Below the pieces are notes generated by a model that was not told where the DNA came from, ran no database searches, and saw only the letters and a program-made list of their open reading frames with translations. From Methanobacteriota archaeon (GTDB lineage: Archaea > Thermoplasmatota > Thermoplasmata > SG8-5 > DAIRED01), in assembly GCA_043799545.1 (NCBI GenBank), contig JAZDNO010000024.1, positions 1 through 32,711 on the forward strand: a stretch of 32,711 nt of DNA, read 5' to 3'. A program made the translations under genes and the position numbers. Of this stretch, positions 1 through 8,600 are shown in pieces; within the stretch, counting starts at the first letter, position 1, and every line of letters starts with the position of its first letter.

Positions 1-2
1 TT

Positions 3-752
3 CCCGGACAACGTGCCGTATTAAAAGACAATAATGGGAACTATGTTTCGTTATTGGATGATAGATCAATAGACTCTTTAAATAATCTTCACATCATTTA
101 CAGTAATAGTTCAGATGGCTTCGTTTGGCGGAAGATTAATGACGACGGATTTGTCATAAATTCGGAACATATCAATGGTAGTATTTCTCCTTTATTTTAC
201 AAAGTCGAGATAGGGCCAGCAGATACCCTTCATTGTATCGGTTTGATGGGTGATTCTTTATTTCACGTCAGTTTAGACCGCAACGGCTCAATTCTAGCAG
301 GACTTGATGCTATAAATTTCGACAACGTTACACATATTTATAAAGACCATGCGTGGTCTATGGCGTTGGGCAACGAAGATACTATCCACATTGTATATTA
401 TGATGCTACAATTTCTAGAGCTGGGATATACTACACACAACTCGACAATTATGGCGACGTAATAATCGAGCCAAAACTTGTAAGCAAAGCCAATCCTGAT
501 AATATTGACATTGATAGCGATGCTGAGAATAATGTTCATACTACTTGGGGGTCTAAAGGAATTATTAATTACATAAAACTTGATTCAGCCGGCAACATCC
601 TGAAAGGTCCAATCGACGTGATCAAAGCCGCCCAGGATACGAACAACAACATCTATTACCTCGTCGGTGGAATCTCTGGGCTATTGATAGCAACCGTTGC
701 GGTAATATATTACTGGCGAGAGAAGAAGAAGGAGCGAAATGACCATCCGTAA
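3..752 (+). CDS. Membrane-anchored exported protein, 5'-truncated at the window edge (beta-rich repeats, C-terminal TM anchor)
   Basis: The frame is open from base 3 (PGQRAVLKDNNGNYVSLLDDRS...), so the TTG at 54 is not the true start. It has repeated 'IDxDxxxxxHIVY/W...IxYxxLDxxG' units and ends in hydrophobic IYYLVGGISGLLIATVAVIYYW followed by basic REKKKER. Confidence 0.8.
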   Translation, partial: PGQRAVLKDNNGNYVSLLDDRSIDSLNNLHIIYSNSSDGFVWRKINDDGFVINSEHINGSISPLFYKVEIGPADTLHCIGLMGDSLFHVSLDRNGSILAGLDAINFDNVTHIYKDHAWSMALGNEDTIHIVYYDATISRAGIYYTQLDNYGDVIIEPKLVSKANPDNIDIDSDAENNVHTTWGSKGIINYIKLDSAGNILKGPIDVIKAAQDTNNNIYYLVGGISGLLIATVAVIYYWREKKKERNDHP

Positions 753-823
753 CGCCTGGACATACTGCCGGAAACGACATAAAAGCGTGGCTGGGGGCGT
801 ATTGGATTCATATTGGTGAAAAA

Positions 824-3800
824 ATGCGAAAAAAATGCAGATTCAAAATCAAGCCAATCTCGCGAGTTTGCATTCCATTGGTAGTTTTCGCTATGGTGGG
901 AATTAATCTTTTTTCATTCATCTCCCGACCCATTGCGCTTGACCCCCGCTGGGGTGATGGGTTCACGAACACCCGTATTACTCCGGCAGAAGGTTTCGCA
1001 TTTGATTACGCCATTTCCGAGGATGGAGCGGGTGGTATTTTTATTACATGGAGAGATGGAGAAAGAGGAGATAATTTGTTCGCTCAAAGGATGAATGATC
1101 GGGGCGAACTTCTATGGGATTCAAATGGAATCGACATATCGGCTGGACAGTGTTACCACCCCCATATGATTCAAGACGGTTCTGGCGGGACGATAATTGT
1201 GTGGGAAAAATATGGAACCTCATTGAACATTTTCGCGCAGAGATTGGACGCGAACGGCAACAAGCTTTGGGGAGCGAATGGCATTGCTGTGTGTACTGCT
1301 GCATACACTCAACAAAATCCAAAAGTCCTTCTAAATTATCCAGAAGGTGCCTATATTGTATGGGAGGATTTGCGTGTTCCACCAGGGATATATGCGCAGT
1401 ATGTCGACATGGATGGAAATATTGCATGGGCAACTAATGGCATTCCATTGACGACAGAGCAACATTCGCATTGGACACCATGTATGATTAACGATGGCAC
1501 TGGGGGAGCCATTGTGACGTGGTCGCGGTTGCCTACAAATCCAGGTATAGCGGTCCTTTATGGCCAACGCATCAACCCCACAGGCCATTTGATGTGGGGG
1601 GCGAATGGGACGATGTTATGCACACAGAAATCATTAGACCCGACGATGATACCCGATGGGCTAGGCGGGGCAATCATTACCTGGACTGGTGGCCCGGGCT
1701 GGTGGGACATCTATGCACAACATATCAACGCCACTGGAGTGCCGCAATGGGCTGTAGATGGTGTTCCGATTTGCATCAACCCAGAGAACCAATTCACCCC
1801 AAAGATAATTAGTGATGATTGTGGTGGCGCAATAATTGTCTGGTCAGACATGCGGACCGGCATTGCATATGACATATATGGGCAACGGATTAATGAATCC
1901 GGAGTTGTCCAATGGGTTAATAATGGAATACCTATTTGTACCGGCCCTGAAAATCAATGGGTCTCTGGAATGATTTCCGATGGTGGGATTGGGGGTGCAT
2001 TTATCACGTGGTATGATGATAGAACTGGTAATTATGACATATATTTACATCACATTGACAGGGATGGTAATTCATTATGGAGTCCAAATGGAAAGGCGAT
2101 TTGTAGCGCACCAGGTTCCCAGAATGGTCCGAAGATCGTTTCTGACTCGAAGGGGGGGGCAATTGTAGTTTGGCACGACTATAGCGGGCCATCATTTACA
2201 TATTTGTGTGCTCAGCGAATCGGAGTGATGATAACAACTTCCCAACCACCCCTCAGTGTGTTAGAGGATCAAGCGTACTATTATAATTTCAACTCAAATG
2301 ATGATAACAATATTACCTGGTCAATTTCCACGAACGCATCGTGGCTATCATTCAATCCATCAACAGGAATCTTGTCTGGAACTCCGACAAACACCCACGT
2401 GGGTAGTTACAGGGTGAATGTTTCCATTCAGGGTCAAGGAATTTGGCGTGACTGGGTCAATTATCAATTATCTGTTATCAATGTCAATGATGCTCCAGTC
2501 ATTATCACCAGCGATAAAAAAACGACATCTGAAGATATGGTTTATTACAACGACTATGAAGCAAGCGATATCGATCCTATGGATATTTTGACTTGGGAAC
2601 TCACGACTAATGCAAACTGGCTAGGTATTGACACAGGTACTGGTGTGGTATCGGGAATCCCATCGAATAGCCAAGTTGGTACATATTGGGTGAAGGTAAC
2701 CGTGAAGGATGGTAATGGCGGGGCTGCGTTTCATAATTTTACTTTGACAGTAAATAACGTAAATGACCCACCCATAATAACAACTACAGATACTCTTATC
2801 GCGTCTGAAGATACCCTATTTTATGTCGATTATAATGCAACTGATATCGACCCTACTGGCGACACAGTCATCTGGAAGTTAAAATCAAATGCGACATGGA
2901 TTTCAATTAACACAAATTCTGGGATTCTCAATGGATTGCCGACTAACTCCGACGTAGGTGTTAATTGGGTCAACGTAAGTTGTGAGGATGGAAGGGGGGG
3001 GAAAGACTATTCAAACTTCACCCTAACGGTAATTAACTCTAACGATAATCCCCAAATAACCTCAACACCATACAATACGGCGACTGAGGATACCCCCTAT
3101 CAATACATCGTGAAGGCAGTAGACATCGATCCTACATATGATACACTTACATGGACTCTGGACACAAACGCTACTTGGCTTTTTATGGAGTCTACTACTG
3201 GAAAATTGATGGGTACGCCCACTAATGCGAATGTTGGGAATAATTGGGTGAACATCACAGCGTCTGACGGTAATGGAGGAATTTGCTGGCAAAATTATTC
3301 ACTAACAGTTATGAACGTTAATGACCGGCCTACTATTACCGTAAATAACATGGTAAACGCCACTGAGGATGCCGTTTACTCAACACGTTATAAAGCCACG
3401 GATATCGACCCCACCCATGATGTATTTACATGGACTTTAAAGACTAACGCCTCATGGTTGGTTATAAATTCTAATTATGGTTATTTGAATGGCACTCCAA
3501 GAAATGACGACATCGGAGAGTATTGGGTAAATATTACTGTGAGCGATGGTCGCAATGGTTATGATCACACGAATTTCACTCTATCAGTGTTAAATGTAAA
3601 TGATCCACCAATTATTATTACTGACGATGTTATAATTTCCTCTGAAGGAGCCATATATAACGTAGATTACGAAGCAAATGACCTTGACCCAACCATGGAT
3701 ATCCTTACTTGGAGTTTGAACACAAACGCATCCTGGCTGACTATAGATCCAAACTCGGGACTGTTGACGGGTACATCAAGACCTGGAATATTCTATGTTA

Positions 3801-4258
3801 ACGTATCGGTCGCAGATGGTGTTGGGGGAATGGAGTGTCATAATTTCACTTTGACTGTTTCATCGCTATCGGATACGGATGGCGATGGTGTTCCTGACCC
3901 CGACGATGCCTTCCCAGACAATCCAAACGAATGGAAAGACACAGATGGCGATGGCATAGAGGACAATGCTGACACAGACGATGACGGGGATGGCTACCTC
4001 GACATTTGGGAGATATTCCTAGGCACCAATCTCCTTGACCCGAACGATAAACCGACAGACACCGATGAGGACGGAAAGCCAGATGGTGATGCTGCGAATT
4101 CGCAACCTTGGATGGACACCGATGACGATGGTGACGGGATTATAGATGGTGAAATATTTCATGCGAAGGATAATACTATGTTCTACATCTTAACAGGGTT
4201 TATATTGTTTATAATCGCCTTTCTTGAAATACTGTTAATAGGTAAACGTGAAATCTGA
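824..4258 (+). CDS. Large cell-surface protein/putative adhesin: signal peptide, ~8 beta-propeller-like repeats, 6 cadherin/putative-Ig-like repeats, TSP3-like Ca-binding repeats, C-terminal TM anchor
   Basis: RBS-like GGTGA lies before the ATG. The N-terminus is basic then hydrophobic. Repeats seen: ~55-aa 'IxDGxGGAIIxWxDxR...DIYAQRIxxxG...WxxNG' units, ~93-aa 'EDxxYxxxxxAxDIDP...W...NAxWL...G.L.GTPxN...V.V.DG...NFTLTVxNVND.P' units, and DxDxDG repeats. It ends in a TM helix plus GKREI. Confidence 0.9.
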   Translation: MRKKCRFKIKPISRVCIPLVVFAMVGINLFSFISRPIALDPRWGDGFTNTRITPAEGFAFDYAISEDGAGGIFITWRDGERGDNLFAQRMNDRGELLWDSNGIDISAGQCYHPHMIQDGSGGTIIVWEKYGTSLNIFAQRLDANGNKLWGANGIAVCTAAYTQQNPKVLLNYPEGAYIVWEDLRVPPGIYAQYVDMDGNIAWATNGIPLTTEQHSHWTPCMINDGTGGAIVTWSRLPTNPGIAVLYGQRINPTGHLMWGANGTMLCTQKSLDPTMIPDGLGGAIITWTGGPGWWDIYAQHINATGVPQWAVDGVPICINPENQFTPKIISDDCGGAIIVWSDMRTGIAYDIYGQRINESGVVQWVNNGIPICTGPENQWVSGMISDGGIGGAFITWYDDRTGNYDIYLHHIDRDGNSLWSPNGKAICSAPGSQNGPKIVSDSKGGAIVVWHDYSGPSFTYLCAQRIGVMITTSQPPLSVLEDQAYYYNFNSNDDNNITWSISTNASWLSFNPSTGILSGTPTNTHVGSYRVNVSIQGQGIWRDWVNYQLSVINVNDAPVIITSDKKTTSEDMVYYNDYEASDIDPMDILTWELTTNANWLGIDTGTGVVSGIPSNSQVGTYWVKVTVKDGNGGAAFHNFTLTVNNVNDPPIITTTDTLIASEDTLFYVDYNATDIDPTGDTVIWKLKSNATWISINTNSGILNGLPTNSDVGVNWVNVSCEDGRGGKDYSNFTLTVINSNDNPQITSTPYNTATEDTPYQYIVKAVDIDPTYDTLTWTLDTNATWLFMESTTGKLMGTPTNANVGNNWVNITASDGNGGICWQNYSLTVMNVNDRPTITVNNMVNATEDAVYSTRYKATDIDPTHDVFTWTLKTNASWLVINSNYGYLNGTPRNDDIGEYWVNITVSDGRNGYDHTNFTLSVLNVNDPPIIITDDVIISSEGAIYNVDYEANDLDPTMDILTWSLNTNASWLTIDPNSGLLTGTSRPGIFYVNVSVADGVGGMECHNFTLTVSSLSDTDGDGVPDPDDAFPDNPNEWKDTDGDGIEDNADTDDDGDGYLDIWEIFLGTNLLDPNDKPTDTDEDGKPDGDAANSQPWMDTDDDGDGIIDGEIFHAKDNTMFYILTGFILFIIAFLEILLIGKREI

Positions 4259-4305
4259 GATTAGTAGTTAAGTTGATGAGTTGAGACAAATCAAGTTTAA
4301 CCTGA

Positions 4306-4620
4306 TTATTTAATCCTCCTCAACACGATCTTGTTCAAACCCATAAACCTGAGCGGCATCACGAATTTGTACACCCCTAGGCATTTCGGCCTCGGGCGCG
4401 TCGATAATAGCACGAAAGTACCCGACTTATGGCCCTTTCCGCGCAAATAAGCCTCGATCTCCTCGGCAGTCGTGGATTCATGCTTTCCGGTCTCTTCGAC
4501 ATCTCCGACCTTGCGCAGGCCGTTCTTCGTGCAGTGCCGTAATATATATCTCTGCCTCCCCCGCTCGCAGGGTACGAGCGTTGGGTGGCTCCGACCGTCC
4601 GTTTTCTTGCGTTTCGTCAT
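4306..4620 (-). CDS. Hypothetical small basic protein (104 aa)
   Basis: ATG start with protein-like composition, converging on the surface-protein gene. No family recognised. Confidence 0.5.
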   Translation of the reverse strand: MTKRKKTDGRSHPTLVPCERGRQRYILRHCTKNGLRKVGDVEETGKHESTTAEEIEAYLRGKGHKSGTFVLLSTRPRPKCLGVYKFVMPLRFMGLNKIVLRRIK

Positions 4621-4750
4621 GCGTTTTCCCTCTGCTGGCTCGAAAGAAAATCGAAAGGTTTTGTACGGCCAGTGCTCAATTGCGTGCTAATTGACCGAAA
4701 AATGGCGACTGCTGGCTTTGCTGTTATGCGAACTCCTTCAGGCCCGCCAT

Positions 4751-5056
4751 TTATCTGGCCATTTTCCTTTTCTTCCGGACCTCTCGCAGTTTCGTTTGCT
4801 TTCGCGAGTACTCCTCCCAATCCGCGCAATCCAGAACTTTCAGGACTATGTAGTCGATTGTGTATTTCCGAAAGAACTTGTCATCCTTTTTCAGCCCCGT
4901 GCCCCAGTTTTGGAAGACTGAATCTCTGATGTCTCTCAAATGGTAGCCAGATTCGAAGAGCTCAGTAATTTTCCTTGCCTTTTCATCATTCTTCCATTTG
5001 GATGCCTCTTCTTTCGCCCGTGCTTTGATACCTGCATTTCCTTTCGATTCTTTCAA
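4751..5056 (-). CDS. Hypothetical small charged, Lys-rich protein (101 aa), possibly DNA-binding
   Basis: TTG start preceded by AGGGAG. Helical, charged composition (ARKITELFESGYHLRDIRDSVF). No family recognised. Confidence 0.55.
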   Translation of the reverse strand: MKESKGNAGIKARAKEEASKWKNDEKARKITELFESGYHLRDIRDSVFQNWGTGLKKDDKFFRKYTIDYIVLKVLDCADWEEYSRKQTKLREVRKKRKMAR

Positions 5057-5138
5057 TTTTCAATCTCCCTGGCTTGTTTCCCATTGTGCGGATTGCTTCT
5101 TCTGCTTAGTATACGTCACAAGTATCAATATCGTAGAT

Positions 5139-5621
5139 TTAATGGTGATGGCGCCGCATTTTTCGAAGTTCGAGCAGCCGATTGTGTTGCCATTCCAGCT
5201 CTTTGGCGACGGCCTCATCAGCATTCTCTAGGCCGGAGGCTCTATGCACCGCTTGAAGGGCGTACCGTGCAGCACCGATGGAATGCGTGCGGACGTGCGC
5301 GACGGCGACTGCATGGCCCGCGGCGCGGGCGGCCGAGCGTGCGGCGTTATCTTCACCGACCGCGCGGGCGGCCGTATGGGCGTCAAGGGAAGCCTTGCGT
5401 ATGACGGCCATGTGAAATGCCCCGGTGTCTATCCACGTCCTGAGCGTTTCGATGGCGGTCCTTGGGCGCAGGTCCTCCGGATGCTCTTCCTCGAAATAGG
5501 GCAGAACCCGCTCCGCGCAGTCGATCGCCCAAGCCGCCAACGTCCTGTGTCCGGTTTTTCCAACGAGTTCCACGATTCTGTCGTTTTTGTAACGCGTGAG
5601 CGGGCAATCGGATTTTTTCAT
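5139..5621 (-). CDS. Imm5-like putative immunity protein
   Basis: Characteristic motifs 'HRTLAAWAIDCAERVLPYFE...PEDLRPRTAIE...W...RKASLDAHTAAR...AARSAARAAGHAVAVAHV.THSIGAA.YA...E.EWQ...L'. Confidence 0.8.
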   Translation of the reverse strand: MKKSDCPLTRYKNDRIVELVGKTGHRTLAAWAIDCAERVLPYFEEEHPEDLRPRTAIETLRTWIDTGAFHMAVIRKASLDAHTAARAVGEDNAARSAARAAGHAVAVAHVRTHSIGAARYALQAVHRASGLENADEAVAKELEWQHNRLLELRKMRRHHH

Positions 5622-5649
5622 GCCGATTCATCCCCGGCACTCGGACGGC

Positions 5650-8600
5650 TCACCAATCCACCGTCCACACGGAATCCGCTTGGACATGGACCCAGTAGCC
5701 TTCGCCGGGTTTCATTATGTAAGCCGGTCCGACGACCTTCGTCCGATACGGGGCTCCCTGGTCGAAGACCTCGACGCAGTCGGCGCCCGTGCCCCAGAAC
5801 GCGTTGCCCACGGTGATGTTGGCGCACAGCGATGGATATCCGACGAGGTTCCAGCCAGCGCGTAGCGGTATCCGCGTGGCGCTCGCCACAATCCCAGTCA
5901 AATTCAGATATCCGTCGCCAAGGTTTGTGATGTTTATCCAGATGCCCATCGTGTTGTCCGCATTCTTGAAATCGTTCCATGCCGTAAGCCAGTTGGTATT
6001 GTGCTGCTGCCAATGGTCAATCGAATTGCCGACGTCGTACCGCATCGCCCGGTCCCAGAGCGTGTCCCCGTCATTGTCCCTCAGGGATGTCAGCAGCGCA
6101 GAATCAAATGGAATCGTCGGAACCGAAATGAGGTTCCAGCCGAGGACGACCGGGATGCGGAAATCGGCGAGCGGGGGGTCGGGCAAAACGCCGGGAGTCA
6201 TGAGCGGATAGCGGTCGAGGGCGCCCGTGCCGCCCTGGATGTTGAGATACGGCGCGTCTCCGACGCCATCGGGGCCGCTTTGGTCTTGCGCGGGTCCGTA
6301 GAAATGGTCAATGCCCGAATAGTCGCCCCAGTAGTTGCCCCCGGAAGGGTAGCCATTGTCCCAACGGTTATTGCATTTGTCGTCATAGGCCTGTTTTGTA
6401 TTGTTGAAGAATTCATTGAGGTATATTTTGTTGCTTTCAGAATCTGCTAGATACACTGCATAATTAATGTTTTCGGACATATTGTTATTCCTAATTGTGT
6501 TGCTGTTCGAACCCGATAATAGATAGATTCCATGCATGTTGTTTGCCATCGTATTGTTTGAAACGATGCACCCGGTGCTTAGTAAAAAGTAGAATCCCAT
6601 GTCGTCATTGAAGGATGCTGTGTTATTATCTAATGTGTCGTTGCGAGAGTTGATGATGGTAATGCCCACATTATTGCCTATAAACGTCGAGTTCGCGATG
6701 AGGTTGTTACTCGAAGCCTTGACGGATATTCCGGAAAGGGCATTGCTCTGAATCATCGAGTCGATAATCATGTTTCTAGTCGATTCTTCGAGGACTATTC
6801 CATCGTTGTTATTACCCTCCACAGAGCAATTCGATACGAGTAGATTGGGGCGAAAGTATGAATACGGTTTGTAGTTTCTTATCCCATCGTTATTGCCGGT
6901 GATGACGCAGTCTGTGACATTGACCATGCTCGCGTACAAAAGGATGCCCGACTCTGTGAAGCGGCTGGCGTTTTGTATGGTGAGGCCGGAGATGTCCACC
7001 CATCTGGCATTGTTGATGTTGACAGTTGTATTTCCTTCGCCGTCGATAAAGGTATTGCCCCAGCTCTCCCCTCGCAATTGGACGCTTTTATTGATTAATA
7101 TGCGTTCTGTATACGTACCTGACTCCACAAAAATTTCGTGTCCGGCAGATGCATCGTCGATTCCGGATTGGATTGTGGGGTAGCGGGTGCCCTTGTCGAG
7201 ATTGTGTACTCTGTATACAGCCGCTGTGACTGACTTCTCAACATGGTTGTTTATTGTAAGGTTCTCGCCCGCGATGGTCGCCGCCCGAATTTCGATTGCA
7301 TAAACGCCAGTCGAACCGGGCGTCCAAGGGAAATCAAGGTCGGTCGAGCCTCCCGAGGCCAAATAGGGGATGGCGGTCGTTTCCTTGGTAACTCCATTTA
7401 CATTGAAATCGACTGCAAGGTTCGACTCGCCGCTCGCGCCTTTGTTGTGGACGGTGACATTCGCATACGTTGTTTCTCCAACCTCCGTGGTCGTGGGGGC
7501 CACGAAATCCCCTATCGAAATATCATGCTGGGGGAGAAGCATCTCCAGTTCAACTGGTACAACTATCCTTGCATTATCCAAATCGTTGCTGGTGATGATG
7601 ATTCCACCGAAGTAGGTGCCCGCCTCAAGCTCTGTGGTCAGCGAAAGGGTGAGGTCTGTCTGATTGCCGACGGCGACGGACCCACCAGTCTCATGGACCG
7701 AGAGCCACGAGGCATTGACGATGTCCGTTATCGCGAAATCCAGATTGGCCGTTCCAGCGTTCCCGACCGCGATGCCCGCTTCGATAGGCTCGGTTGAACA
7801 ATACGTGTAATGGGCATAAAACACCCATCCGTCGTCGTACGGCTCGAAAGGTGTTGTGTCTATCTCGCCAGTTGTGTAGTTGATGGTGTAGTCGTTGTTC
7901 TCCTCCATTTCATACCACTCTGTGCCAGCAACGTCCAGGTATAGCGTGCAATTGATAATATTGCTGTTGTCCAACCACATCGGACCCGTTTCACCCGCAG
8001 TCGAAGGGCCGTACACAGTCTCGTTCAAGGCCTCCTCGTAAATGTTTCGTGGCTCCCCGGTTATTTTCAATGTTTCAGGTGTTACCAGGATGTCGGGGTA
8101 TGATGCGGCAACGACGGTCGTGTTCCTCCTGTTGTTTTTAGTTATACTCTCCCCCGGGACCGGGGACACATCTAACTCAATTTCATATTCCCCCAGACCG
8201 GGCGCTGTCCAATCAAAACAGACGGTTGCGTGCATCCCTTTCTGCACGGAGGCGACCGCCGTGCTGTTATCAACCACTCCGTTTACGGACAGATATATAT
8301 CAATATCACTCTCGTCATTGGTTCCAGCATTGTAAATTGTCGCGTTGACGGTTATTTTTGCACCAGGCCTTGAATTGGTGGGGGCCGTGATATCGGTGAC
8401 AGTCACGTCATGGTCCTGAACGGAGCGATCCTTGATTGATATCTCCGGGTCGCCAAAGAGTGTGATCTCGTAGTAGCACCACCTCATGTCGCAACTGTCC
8501 CTCTCGCCGTTGTGGAGATAACCGATATTGTCCTCCTTGGAGTCCTGATTCGCTCTTCCGAGGTTTCGTATGCTCTCCCCGTACAAAGCATCGAAGAATT

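Noticed and set aside
4617-4829. 70-aa ORF as a confident gene
   Set aside because: It overlaps the 101-aa ORF out of frame and has no recognisable RBS or motif. Only the ATGA overlap supports it, so it is mentioned only as a possibility.
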